Source of the DNA: Klebsormidium nitens
Lineage: Eukaryota > Plantae > Klebsormidiophyceae
Assembly: GCA_000708835.1 (NCBI GenBank)
Contig: DF237037.1
Coordinates: 151,988 to 215,987, forward strand
Reading direction: 5' to 3'
DNA length: 64,000 nt
Below the pieces are notes generated by a model. That model saw only the letters and a list, made by a program, of their open reading frames with translations. It had not been told where the DNA came from and did not search any database. This document shows, in pieces, positions 1 to 13,300 of this stretch. Position numbers and translations under genes: made by a program. Position 1 is the stretch's first letter; every line of letters begins with the position of its first letter.

Positions 1-3000
1 TCATTGCGTCGACCCGAAGGGACTGTAGTTTACCAGGAGGACTCTGTTTCGCGAGGTTTGCCGCGCAAGAGTCTCCCCTGAACAGCAAGGGTGTTCTTCG
101 CGTTTCTATCAAGTCGATTTGAATGATGGTCCGAGCTCTCTGTCACTGCTTCGTTCTGCAGCTAAGTAAGAGCCAGGAGCAAAATAACAGGAAGGAGTGA
201 CGGGAATGTCACGAGTCGGCCTCCCTGCATTTTCTTGAAGCTGGCCTTGGCGGTCGAAAAGAACGGAAAGAGGCACCTCCTTAGGTCAGCATTGCCGTTC
301 GCACTAAAGGGAAATGATGTCAACGGATCACCTTGCTCACGTCATCGCAAGCCGTACAAGACTCTGACTTCATTCCGGTGTGCGTCCACTTGCAGACACT
401 GTGCGGGCTTGATCCTCTGATCGCGGCCCGAGAGGAGCCCACGTGAAACACGTGGCGGAGTTAGTGTCGGCGTCAAAGAGCTCCACATGGCCGTGTTGGG
501 GCAGGTTCGCAGGTCGCATCATGTTAGAAAGTGGTTAGCTGCATCGCATCGCATCCGTTTGGGTCTAGGTAGAGCATAACCCGGGTTTGTGGCACATGGG
601 CATGGTGGAATGGTTGGAGAGCTGGGTGCGGAATCTGTGCATTATGAAAGGTGAGCCTTCGGACTTGCGGTCGTCTTGACTTTTGAGCTATCTTGAGAGC
701 GACGACCGTTGCATCCTCAAATCCTTGATAGCATCTGCACGTGCATTATGTTGCTACTTTCGGTTTGCTTTGTTGGTCGACATGTGCGAGTTCGCTTCAA
801 GCTCTGCGCTTACTTTCGTCAGCAACGCGACGAAACATAGGCAACGTGTTGATTCGCGAATTGCGGCCTCGCAAAAGCGCCACGCCGTTGAAAGCCCTGC
901 GATACTTGCTTGAAAGCGCAACAGAAGCGACCATTACACGATCAGAAAGGTGCCTAAGCGCTTTTCCTCTTCATACATCATACTCTCGCAGGGGGACTAG
1001 ATATCATTCGCCTTATCTCCTCTGCAGGTATTCACGTCAAAGGTACAAACACCGTGTACGTTCTTTCAGCCGGGAGCCATTCTGCGGTTGGGAAACTTTC
1101 GACGGTTTTGACATTGTGGCCCCACTGGGCTTTGCACAATAGGGTCAGGAAGAGATCGCGCGAGCGTGATGCACTGGGCGAAAGTACGTCTGAGTCTTGG
1201 GTTAAAAGCACATTGGTCATTAGCAAGTTGAGTTGTATCGAAAACTTGTGTGCGTTGTGGGAAACCAATCCGCATGTGTATGCTGCGGTCAAAGACACTA
1301 AGCAGAAGTGGGATTTGCATGCGTCGTTATGACGTGACGCCACGTCACGCTCGCAGAAGCTTATGCGAGATGAGGTCACCAGCTCTGAGGCCTAGCTAGG
1401 AGTGGAAAACCAGCTAACATCTCACGTTCTTGCTGCGATTTAATTCGGCAGCTTTCTTTTATTGACTCAAGCCGTTGTACAAGGTTTTACACTAGCCTAG
1501 GCTGGACGTTTTGACACTCGACAATCTGGTATATCAGAAATTGACGCTCTACCGACAACAGTCTGTAGATGGTAATCTCGGATTCTGCCGCTGTGGCTAG
1601 CATATCTCAAGCTTTCATAATTCTTCGCAATGCAGCACCAGTTGTTGTAAGCTAGGACCAGCTCGCCGGCATGTGTAGGCTGTACTGCCACTTTTAACGT
1701 TGGCTTCGTACGATCGAGTCTCTTATGGATGCCTATCTACTGCAAGAAGTTCGTAGATTGTACATTTGACTCTCAGGTTTGCCAGAGCCGGCCCTGCATG
1801 CTATACAACATGCGCGTGCTTTGGGCTAGTATGAGGACTTGGTACGGACTTAAGCTGCGCATGTATGATAGTATCGACGTTGCGCTGCAACATATGCACC
1901 TGTATAAATTCCGCATGAAACATCAGAAGCAGTCTAGCAGCCTAGACGGTAGCTGACGAATTCACCAACCGGTCCAATCCACAAAGTTGATTTAGGTATC
2001 GCGGATGCATGGAAGTGCATAATCGCTGTTGTGAGTTAGGCCGCCACATGCAACGATACTTGAAGCCTATGGCCCCCATGTGGCTACGGCGTTCAAGTTC
2101 AAAGAAAACACCAAATCATTGATTAGTAGGCTCCCGTTGCCCCCCAGCACGAGAGCTGCGCTGCATGAAGTACATGATATAAAAATGGATCGATATATGC
2201 GTACTTTGATCCCACTTTGATTGACCGGCGTCGGATGCTTCGCTCTCAGAGGCGGGCCCACATAGACCTAGTATAGCTAGAAAGAGCAAAAAGCATGCAT
2301 GATTGGTTCATTGCGTACGTACATACAACTACAATCGATTGAAGATGTCGTTAATCTAGCTGGGCTAGCTCAAAGATCGAAGTCAGGCTTATTTTCTCAG
2401 AGCTCAAATTCACATTTGCAAAGGACGTTACAAGCACTTTGCAGATTACGATCATCTGCGTCAATAAACCGCGATTGAGACTGAGCCTTCATGATCACGA
2501 GGCTTTCGATCACGAGCCCGGTGACCGCCACGGCTAGGTAGCTAGCAATGTTTTGATGAGTACGAACATGCGAGCAATGATGAGGCCGGTTATTTTGAAG
2601 CAGCTCGTAGTACCATGCGCCCTAATTGCCAAACGAATGATTGTTTGCCTTTGGAGCCTGCGCGCGCAAAGGCATGGCCGCCCAAGGTTGTACGCACCGA
2701 GCAATGCATGGAGCCCGCGGCCTTACCCTAGCTGGATGGGAGCTGGATCGAGCACCAGCTTCCAACGTGCATCTATGAACATATCAATGAAGGACTGGAC
2801 AGGCTCTGACGGACTTGACTCTAAGGGTGGATGGTGATCGCCGTCGAAGGGCCGATTGAGAATCAGGTCTTGGATCACAAGGATCCAATCATTCTGCCGC
2901 CGCGCATACACATTGATTGACTAGGGTTGCCGCTAGAAGGACGGAAGTGATGATGATTGATATCAGGTTGTTTACTTGTACAAATCGCATGCGGCAACGG

Positions 3001-3046
3001 CCCAGCCTCAAAGAAATATACGACGCACCAATCATTTCATCCAACC

Positions 3047-6000
3047 CTACTTTTTAGCGCATATCTGTACGAGCGCCCTTGCATCTTGCAGCGTCCTCCA
3101 CAGATCTATGTTATTTGCCATGGCATTGCACTCTCTCAAGGCTTCATCCATGGCCGAGCACTCATCAAGTATCTTTCTCCTCCTTTGCCTCACGGCCGCT
3201 GCTATGGCATAGAGGAGAAGCTCCTTGGTAGCCTTCTTCTGACCGGAGCTTTGCTCAACGGTCCCGCCGACCATGCTGGCCGCTTTCGCAACGGATTCAA
3301 TCTGTTCGGCCGCCAGAGCATCGGCCCAACAAACCTGTTGTAGACAAGCAAATTGGATGGGTATTCTGGACAACACAACCTTGAGAAAAAAAGGCAGGAT
3401 AAGTTTCGTTGAGCACCGATGGACGCTTTTCTGGCATCTGGAAAGTGCAGAACTCACTGATGCTGTTTACAAGGCGTCAAAACCGATGATAGTAGCTGCC
3501 CAACTTACACAATCTGCCACTAGGCCTTCGCGAAACGGAAACGATTCAAGACCATGCGTACTTCAATTCGAGCATTTCCTTTTCGTACCCACCAGCCCCA
3601 ATCACAACGGAAGCTTGCGGTTTGAATCTCGAAAACAGAAAGATGCCAGAATCGCACAAGAAACGCTAAACTCAACCCCCACAGATCAGCGTCTGCTCGA
3701 AGTGGACTCTTTTGGGAGAAGGACGATAATCATGCGGTAACCGAAAACGAAGTCCCTTGCCCAATCATCACAAATTTTAGAGGAAATCTGACAGTGAGAG
3801 CTTTTACAATCTCAGCTCTTTCCAAACTCACCTCCCACAGACACAGCGTCTGCTCGAAGCTGAGCTCCCGCCGGAAGAGGACGACGACCATACGATATGC
3901 GAAGATGCAGTCCCCCGCGCCAATCTTTGCAAGATGCTGGTAGAGTTCCGGGTCGCCGTGCTCCAGAATGGCGGCGATTCGGTCCAACTGCCCGCGGATG
4001 CCCCGCTCGTCGATGCGGAAGTTGTGCTTCGCCGTCTTCATCAACCTGGAAGAACGAAACCACGATTTAGGAGCAGTTAGCACATCTGACCGTGTTCATG
4101 ACCTTGAAGAACACGCAAGGCACTCTTTGGAGTGGAAAGCGGCCTCAACCGTGTTTCTAGACGTAAAGGTGGAGCTTTTTCTGTGCCTTCGATCAACTCA
4201 TCGGCTACAAAGCACCTTAGCGAACCCCTCGTGCTGTACCGTCAAAAGATATTCTCCAACCCAGGAGGGACGTCGGTCAACGTAGGTTCATGCCAACTAG
4301 AAACCGCTGCCTCCTCCAACAATCGACAAGCGTGGTTAAAACTTGAACTGAGAAACCGTCTCCTTTTCGACGTAAGACTTGAACGCACCACATGTCATCG
4401 TGTCTAATCAATGCATTTTCAAAGGAGGAGGTGCAAAACGGGGGACGAGTCGGACGCCAAAAATCGATTCAGAACTGAACCCAGCTTCGAACTGTCCCCT
4501 CTTGGAAAAGCAGTACACATTCTCAAATTCAGATTGAAGAGCACCCCTCACCTCTGGAAGCACCAAAACGCCTCTGCGTCACTTTCGATCAGCGCCACAA
4601 ACGGCGACAGCAGATCGCTCATCCCCTGGCAGTACCCCGTCTCCTTGTCGTAAACCGCATACGCCTCCAGGATCGCAACTAGGCGTGCGGCGTGCGCGCG
4701 CCGCGCGGGCTCCAGGTGCTCGTCGTTCTCGAGCCCCACCGCACGCGCCATCTCTTCCGCTCTCCCGGGGTCGCAGGCCGCCTGCGCGGGCGCGTACGGA
4801 ATCCACGCGGCGTTCATCCGGACGGCGTCCAAGCGGATGATGCGCAGCCACGTCTGGAACTCTTCCAGGGCCTGGGCGTCTTCGGGTGGTTTGGGGTTTC
4901 CCGTTTCCGAGGGCTTTGAACTTTCCGAGGGGTTTGAAGTTTTCAGGGGGCTCGTACCAGGTTTTGCCAAATCGTCAGCGCCGCCTGTTTCCGTTGCATC
5001 CATCTCCCTTGACGCCGACGCACTGTCCGACCCGTCCCGCGCTTTGGCTGGGGAGGGATCCCCTGACTGGGCATCAGTTTGATGTCGGTCTGAGTTCTGA
5101 GTGGTCGACTCGAAGCTACTTTCCATCCCGACACTTCTTTCCTTTTGACCGCTCTCCCGTCCTTCCTTTCCATCGGCCCCCGTCCCATTAGCAACCAACG
5201 CACCCTCCTCGGCTTGGTTTCGATTTCTCTTTGCTTCCCTCTGTAAAGCTGCCACCTCCTCCTCTTTCTCCTTCCTTACAGCCTCTTCCTTGATCCGCTG
5301 ACTCAACGCCTCCACCTGCTTCCTCAGCCGCGCAAACTTCCTCCTCCGCTCTGGTTCCTTCTTCTTCCGCTCGCCCTCCGTGCTGTCTAGCTCATGCACC
5401 CCCAGAAGGAACGGCCAAACCTCGGACCGGATCTCGGGAGCCACCCCCCCGCGCCGGACTCGTCCAATAACTTGCGCACCGTTGTTAAGCAACCGGCCGT
5501 CGCCGTCGAATGCGTTTTTCCAGTCTTCGGCGGTCAAGGGCTTGGGCCGCCGTTTCGTGCTGCTCCAGGGGGTTTGGCTGCAGAGCAAAGGATGAGAAGC
5601 GGGGATTAGAGCGCAGTGCAAGAAAGTAGCAGCCCCAGTCATGCCTCACGTACGTGCTCTACTCATTGCCCCAGAAGGTAAGCTAACTAAACTGTCTATC
5701 AGGCTATCCACCAAGGATCGTCATGCGATGTAAGGAATTCACTTGAATCACTGTACAGTGCAGGTCTCAAGCTTGATCAGAAAGTTGAATTGATCAGAAT
5801 GGGAGCTGCTTCACACAAGTCAATTCCCATTTCATGCAGAATCGAGACCCTGCGTCACGAATATCATATTCAAGGAATTCTCAAAGTTCGCCGGCTGTAC
5901 GCGTTTGTAGCCTCTACATCAATTTGTCACTGCCATCCTGTGTGACCGATGAATTTAAACCGACAATTAAAGCACCACCAACACAAGATTCACAAGCGTA

Positions 6001-6444
6001 AAAGCCCTGCAGAAAGTCTCTCTCCAGAATAGTACTTTGAAGTTTCAGCGCTCGCTTGATCTCAGCTACTCAAAGCAGTCAAAAGACCAGGTTCTGGCTA
6101 AGAGCAAAGTACAAGAGTTGACAATGAGAAATACCCCGGTCAAGCAATTTGCCAGATCATGACAAAAACAGTGAAAGAAACCTTTTCTTGCAGGAAGCTA
6201 GATCTGAGCAAATCTCATGATCATCAAAGCACGTCCAGAAGAAAACCCCAAGCTGCTCGAAATTGTGGCTAACTCACCCCTGTATGATGTAGACGCCTGC
6301 CACTCCTGCAACCAAGGCAACCCCCACCCCGATGGCCAACGCCGCTGCATGCTGATTGGAGGGCGCGGCCAGGCCCCGGAAGATTCCCATGGAATGCTGG
6401 AAGTTGACGAGCCCCGATACGAGCGGCTCGAGCTGTTGCAACAT
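3047..6444 (-). CDS. TBC-domain Rab GTPase-activating protein (GYP7/TBC1D15-like), ~564 aa, 4 coding exons
   Basis: Exons 6444-6278, 5577-4552, 4045-3832, 3334-3047; all GT-AG and phase-consistent (1695 nt). TBC motifs IRSEVWPFLLGV, RIIRLDAVR (Arg finger), YCQGMSDL (Gln finger), FAYRMVVVLFRRELSFEQTLCLWE. An in-frame TGA upstream of the ATG at 6444 supports that start. Confidence 0.92.
3672..3770 (-). repeat. Intronic degenerate copy of the 3' end and donor of RabGAP exon 3
   Basis: The copy reads IGQG.FVFGYRMIIVLLPKES.FEQTL.LWG/gttgag versus exon IGAGDCIFAYRMVVVLFRRELSFEQTLCLWE/gtgag; cagcgtctgctcgaag is shared exactly. Confidence 0.85.
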
Positions 6445-7387
6445 GAGGCCCAGATGTATCAGAAGAGATTCATTTACTGGAGCTGGACTAAGATTCTCGA
6501 GGTTGAAAACCCCTCTTCACCAATGCTGTGGCGCCTGCAAGGAAATTCAAAGCATCGAGGATTTTGCCATTTGGGGGATTTTGTGCCGCGCCCCTTCGAT
6601 CCTTCTTGAACGGTTTCCCGAAGTTAGGGTTCTCCTCATTGACATTGTGCGTGCGGCTAGGGTTTTGTTCAGGATCCCATCTTTCTGAGCGCGCGCGCGT
6701 TCACGACACCTTTCCAGAAATCCACAGGCACCCCCTCAGCTCAGCTCAGGCTCAGCTCAGCTCTGCTCATGGATGCTCACCTCGGCTTAGCTGGAAGCCC
6801 AGCTCAGCTCAGCTCAACAGCTCAGCACTAGGTAGGACTAAGATCTAAGTTCTTAGCTCGAACCACACTGGACCATCCACTTCATGCATTCAGAACACTG
6901 ACCTCAACACTTTGGTCCAAGATTCTCTGGATGGGTGCCCCACATCCCACTGCCACCTGTCGCGCCAAAAAAAGAGGTCTGCTCTGAGCCGCTCAGGCGG
7001 AACAAGAACCGATCCATCAGCAAGGTTGCTGCCGTGCTTACAATGGCACCCAATCCTGAGAATCCATGAGTGGTAGATTGGCCTGTAGCACCATTCTTCC
7101 GGAGTTTCTCCATTCTCCTCCTCCATTTCTCCGCAATGTTTCAATCCACAAATCAACGTCCTAGCAAAGTCCGCAAATTGAGGCACCCAGTAAAGATTTC
7201 CTTGCCCCGATCGAAATGCACATCGTTGACCAAGGAGCTCGCAAATTCAGCATTGGGTGAAACTTGAGCAGCAGTCGGTGGTGGTTTTGGAAATGTGACG
7301 GTGGAACCTGTAGATCAGTAGCTGACACCATCAGAATGAGTCTGCATTGAGGCAGGGAAAGGAGACTGCACGAACTGCGCTGCAATC
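6445..7387. promoter_or_regulatory. Putative bidirectional promoter and 5' UTRs between head-to-head RabGAP and WDR19
   Basis: Divergent start codons at 6444 (-) and 7388 (+), under 1 kb apart; inferred from gene orientation only. Confidence 0.55.
6733..6826. repeat. (AGCTC)n pentamer-rich tract in the RabGAP/WDR19 divergent intergenic region
   Basis: ctcagctcagctcaggctcagctcagctctgctca ... cccagctcagctcagctcaacagctcagc. Confidence 0.8.
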
Positions 7388-10300
7388 ATGGTGAGTGGGT
7401 TCTTTCTAGACGCAATGTTTGCAAGTGGTGTCTTTCTAAAACAAGCACCCTGGTCAAGTCTGTAATGGGCAGGTGACTTATACCACCAAAGACCAGAAAC
7501 AATATCTCAACTAGGAGACTTTGCAGTACAACAATGACCGGAAGGCCTCTCGAGGCTAGCAAATGGTTGGCCGCTGAGCTCTCTTCCGCAAAGAAAACCA
7601 CATTCCGCCCGCATCTTGAGCATGCCGCAATCTTTCATGATTATAAAATACAGCATTGGTCAATCAAAGAGGGTGGGTTCATCGGCTAGGATTAGCATCA
7701 ATAGCTGAGTGACTTTCTGCTCTCAATCTTCAGAAGAAACTCTTCACCATCGATGCGTCACAAAATGGAAGGGGCTCCGTTGCCTTCACCTGGAGTCCAA
7801 GAGGCACTCATTTGGCGGTGGCTGGAACCCAGGTAAGTTTCAAATACACCTTCTTGCCCCAAACCTTGGACCCCAATGGTGGCTTTGTAAAAAGCAGGTT
7901 CTTTGTTTGTGGCACCTGCCGCAAGCACTCAAAAAGTGAAATAGCCGGAAGCAAGGTTATGGTTCGAATTGGAGAGTACATGCAGACAGTCCACATAAAA
8001 CCAAGGTGCGAGCACTTTCCTAACCTTACAATTGCCCACCACCCCAGAAGAATCTGTTTCATCTACACTCCCACTAAAAGCTGACAATGAGACCAGCAAC
8101 TCAACTGCCATCTTATAAATCGATCTGTGTTTCGGTTTAAATTTCTTCAGCACAACAGCAAGCAGTATCTTATGCAATTTGTTTCATCAACCCGTTCGCA
8201 TACTGCAGCGCAGGGTCTGCAGTGTCTTATGCACTTCGTTTCATCAACCCGTCCGCAAACTGCAGCGCAGAGTCTGCAGTATCTTATGCAGTTTCTTTCA
8301 TTAATCCATTCGCAAACTGCAGAGCATGGTCTGCAGTCTCTTATGCAGTTTATCTCAATAACCCATCCGCAAACTGCAGCGGAGGGTCTGCATCTACCTT
8401 CGCTCCGGCCAGCTCTACGATGAGATTCTGCTTCCGGAACCGGATGGCAAGATCAGCTCCTCAGAGGCGGACCTCTCGTGCTGCATAACACTGGCATGGG
8501 ATGCACCGGGGGACACACTGGCGATTTTGCAGAGAGGAGGGTAAGCTTTTACACGCTTTTTGGTAAGGTATACTCTTGCATGTCCAGATGAGTCCACTTG
8601 CCCTTCACACTGTGCTACAAGGAGCTGCATGCTCGACATCCTGCAAAGAAGGTCTATTCAACGAGTGCGGTTGCACATGCGTCTGCTGGCCATAAGAATC
8701 GCGCTAGCAATCCTGCGGAGAAATGGGGATGCGCTCTTGCGGGTCCAAGACGCCTGAGAGAATTAGACAAAGACCAAGTTGAACCCACGAAAGCTGGTGG
8801 TTTGCACACTCCCTGACTGCCCGCAAAGCTCAAGGGGCTAATGACAGTCTCAAGATACTTTGCACGACACGTATTCAGGCCTGCATATGCGGTAAGAACG
8901 AAGGTATGGACCCGGCTTGAGAAGGCGGCATCCTCGATTCTACAGTATCATTGTTGAAGTCAGCTAAGAAGATGCGCCTTCGTTGGAACTCCGCTATTCC
9001 CGTCAGGCAATAGTCGATCTGCTGTATGCGCCAGCGACGGAAGGAGCGGACCACGGTGGAGAACGGAACGAAGAGCCGGCTTCTCTTCCGAAATTCGTCA
9101 AATTCAGCTCAAAAACACGGCGTGCCCTTCAAACGGGTCAGTCGGAAGCCACCACTTCTGATGATTCTGTACCGCAGGTACTCAATCCTGCTGTATGCGC
9201 CGGCGACGAAGGAACGCACCAAAGTGGAGACCGGGATGAAAGAGCTGACGTTCCTCAGTTGGGCCAAGAGCGGGCCGGTCCTGGCGGTGGGTACCGCCAA
9301 GGGCAATCTGCTGCTCTACAACCAGGCGCTGGGGAAGAGGGTGAGCGTTTGTGGCCGCTCGAGTTCTTCGGCAGAAGCTTTTCGAGTGCGAAACCGTTTT
9401 CAAAGCATCCAAAGTTTAGGTCTGTTTACATGGATGTGTCCTTTCGAATGTTGCGGAAGCTTCTGCTGCTGGTCGAGACGAGCAAATCGGCGAGTCTTCG
9501 GCTCTCAAAGTTACGATGTGGCTCGCAGAGCTGACCGCTTGATCTTGGTCAATTGAAGGGGTTGAACAGCGTCTCACACGTTAATTAGACGGGCTTGGCG
9601 TAGCTCCTTCAGCTAAGCGTTTGCGCTATGCTCCACTCGTTTGCACAATGTACCGACGAGATTGCATGAGAGACGTGAATTGTCAAATCATAGAGATGTG
9701 AAAATAGGCAAGCGAGCTTGCGTTAGTCTTTACTTTTTCGGCGGTCTGCAGATCCCCATCATGGGCAAGCACACAAAGCGCATCACGTGCGGCGCGTGGA
9801 GCGCGGGCAACCGGCTGGCCCTCGGTTCGGACGACCGGCGAGTGTCCGTCAGCACGGACGCCGGGGACACCATCAAAGAGGTGATCGCTTGTTGAATTAT
9901 TCCGTCTGTTTCTGCAAGAGCATCTGCATCTGATTAAGGGTTTCTGACGCAGCCCCTTTTGCGTTCGTCGCTAGCTGTAAGGTGGGCACCGGGTGACACT
10001 TTCATTCGACATCGCCCTCCAAGTCGTTGTCCGAGAGTTCCATCTTTGTGAGCTGGAAAGCACTTCAGACCGAAGCACCGTTTTTCGCATCGAAATCAGG
10101 AGACTCGTGCTGACGTAAAAACTTAATATTTTTTGACGCACCTTACGTAACTCGCCCTACAGCTGTCAATGAAGTCGGAGCCTGTGGAGGTGACGTTTGC
10201 GGACATGAAAGACGACAGCGGAGCAAGCGGGCCCAAAATGGTAAGACTACTCTTTTTGAGTTGATCCTTGACGCCAGTCTAGTACTTCTGGACAGCGATC

Positions 10301-13300
10301 GCTGTCGAGCATTCGCAAATTACTTACGTTTGAGGTCGATAATGTTGTCACCGTTTCCCATCTTGATTCCGTTGTCGAAATTCCGACCGCCCATGTCACA
10401 TTCGCTACGTTCCGTTTGACTGCTTTCTTTCGGCTCAAAATCTTTCCGCTCTGTTTTAATTCTGCAGGAAAATACGGTGTGCGTCAACGTGGGCCGCAAA
10501 ACCCTGTACCTCTACCGCCTGAGTGATAAGGAGGGCGACAAGCCGACCACACCTTTAGAACTCGCCTTTCAGGACGTGTACGGGCAGGTGAGGGGTGAAC
10601 CCTGCTCTAAAATCTTCTCTAAGTCGTAGCAGGCCTTTAGCTAGCCTGGTCAAACTCTCGGGAGGAGAACATGGATCCTACTGTCTTCTTTGGGCTGAGA
10701 AGCCGGAAAAATACGGTTGATATTGTCGTTCAACCAGGTTGGAACGGGAGACGGAAACAGTATACTTCTAGTGGGGTACGCAAAAGGTATCAACACAACT
10801 GACGTTCTTATCCAATTGGTCCTATCTTGATGACGTTTGCTGTTACGGTGAACCACTTTCACACATCAGCCGCCGTGACTCGCCCCTTATATATTTCCAT
10901 CAACCTTGAAATATGCAACTACGTTGTTGGCATTGGCACTTTAGAAAGTGACCCAAAATCCATGATCAACGAAGTGCAGAGATGGTTCAAACCTGCTATG
11001 CAACCGAAGATTGCAGAAACAATTCTGCTTTGCATCTGAGGATTGGAATAAAAGGAAATATGATTTATCTATTGTTTTATTGGTTCGCAGATCCTGTGCC
11101 ACCGCTGGTTCGGGGACGGGTACGTGCTGCTCGGTTTCAGCACGGGCCACATCGTGATCGTGTCAACGCACACCAAGGAACTCAGCGAGGAGGTGCACTC
11201 AGCCAAGATTCTCAAGGTGAACCTCATCTCGTCTTCTGCCGACGCGCAAGTCGTGGTCTCCTTTCTCAAAAGCGTTTTGCTGATGGAAGTCAGCGTTCGC
11301 TGGAACGTTCGCTGGAGCGGGTCGCATAAAGGAAATCGTTCCGCTGTGTTGATGCCTGGTAGTGCGTATCCAGCGGAAGCGCGGACGCGGAAGCCTGGCA
11401 ACGTGGCACAGCAACAAGCGACGCAAATCTCACCTCGATACACGTTACATCAAAGTGCTGTTTACGCGCATTATGGTCGGCGGAGTTTGTCAGAACGTGA
11501 AGTATTCTGTGTAGAATAAGTAGTCATGTCTTAAGGATATCTCTATCCGTCAAAAAGGTTGCGCTCTGCGAGGAAGCACTGTGCCTGTCCTTGCGCCTCG
11601 CTTTTTGTCAATCTCCACAAAAGATACGGCGTCAGGCAGACTGGTGCTTTCACCTGAGGAAAAGACACATTCTTGAAGCCGCACAGAGACTCAAGACAGC
11701 GACGGAAACAGAGTCGCTTCTTAAAACTGCAGGACGGGGTATCAGACGTGGCTTACTGCGCGGCGCTAGACCGCGTGGCAACCTGCGGAGGCAACACGGT
11801 GAAGTTTGTGGACCTGAGAGGGTTGGAGTTCAAGGTGAGCTTGCGCGCACTCCGGAACTCAGTGCCCGCTTGCCACAAAGTATAGCTACGGACTGCGAAT
11901 AAGCAAGAGTGATCCTAAACTGGGTTACGACAGTATCTAACCAGAGGGAACCCAAAGTTATGCACTTCTGACATTCCCTCCAAGAAGCGCAAGTGCTCTT
12001 TACCTGTATCCCGTTTTCGAAACCGAGCACAAAACAGAGCACAACAGGCACCATTTGCAGTTGTGAAAGCATCTCGAACCCGAGAAAGGAAGGGAAACGC
12101 TCCTTACCGGAGATGTCCACCTTCATTTGCAGGAGATCAAGTCCGTACCAGCTGACGCTCGACGCGGGCGCCAACTGTTGTTGCTCTCTTAAAACAGATC
12201 ACATCAGAAACCGTTTGTTTTTGCGAATCGAGCACAACACAATTGCAAAAGCATCTCATATTTCACCGACTAAGAGAAACGGTCCTGACCGTTGAATTTC
12301 CCACCTTCGTTTGCAGGAGATTAAGTCCGACCAGCTGACGCTCGACGCGGGCGCAAAGTGCGCGCGCGTGCAGTGGACGCGCGACGGCCAGGTCTTGACG
12401 GTCGCCACAAAAGACGGGGAGCTGCACGGGTTTCTGGCGACCCTGCCAGCCGTGTGCGCGAGCTGGGACGCGCGCGTCGCGCACCTGACGTCACTGCAGG
12501 AGCTCTCCGTCGAGGACACACTGGGCCAGGTGAGGGGTGACGCGATGCTGACGTTACTTCAATCCAAAATTGAAATGTAATCGGCGAGCAAAGTACCCTG
12601 GCCTTTGAGAGTGGGGAAAAGAACGTCGAGACGGCAGAAAGGTAAGGGGCCGGCTCGCTTTTGGTGATTGAAGCCGCAGGGTTTCTTTTTTTTGCAAGGA
12701 GACCGGGCCTTTTCTCCCCACTTTGAGTAAGAGATTCTGAAAGACGTTCGTGAAGTCAGAAACTCACTTCTGTCCGCGTGCTTAACCTCGCCGTTCCCGC
12801 CACGGTCGTAAAGACACCCCGAAGCATGCGCGTCTCGTATTGCTGCAAGATCAGAATGCTCGCGATTAATACAGATTGCGCATCCTCCATTCGCTCACAC
12901 GAATTCAATCGAACGAATTGAATTGCGCAAACCCGGAAACTCCTCGCAGGGCATCGCGCTGCGCGTCGAGCTGTTCGCGGAGCCGGCCGCGTGCGCGCTC
13001 GGCCCGCTGCACTGCGCGGCCGCGGCCGCGAACCAGGCCTGGTTTTACCACCTACCGGGCGACGGGTTGGCGTCGCCCAGCATGCTGGAAAGTCACAAAG
13101 AGTACTCGGGGGACGTCCAGGAGGTGCGCTTCATTCTTTTTCTACGTTATTTCTACGAATTTTGGAAAATGTTCTAGAAATACCACGCTGATCAGGGTCT
13201 CGAAATGTTCAGGAGGTGCGCTTACCAAGCCTCTTGAAATGTCGAACATTACCTTTCCTTGTCGTCGTTGGACTGCAGTCCTGGTCCGTCGAAGCTTTTG

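Noticed and set aside
440-456. Twin CACGTG G-boxes (one as ACACGTGGC, ABRE-like)
   Set aside because: No adjacent gene start identified; short motifs are expected by chance.
1-2950. Short ORFs (e.g. 741-1142, 1054-1332, 2553-2837) as a gene or TE
   Set aside because: No recognisable motif, no consistent splice chain and no host-like GC3 bias; may be decayed sequence but unsupported.
4579-5609. Numerous Arg/Ala/Pro-rich ORFs overlapping real exons here and in WDR19, HD-Zip and ABCG
   Set aside because: Alternative-frame and antisense shadows of GC-rich exons.
6890-7385. Minus-strand ORFs 6890-7186 and 7161-7385 as a pseudogene
   Set aside because: They lie in the UTR/promoter space between two divergent genes and show no family similarity.
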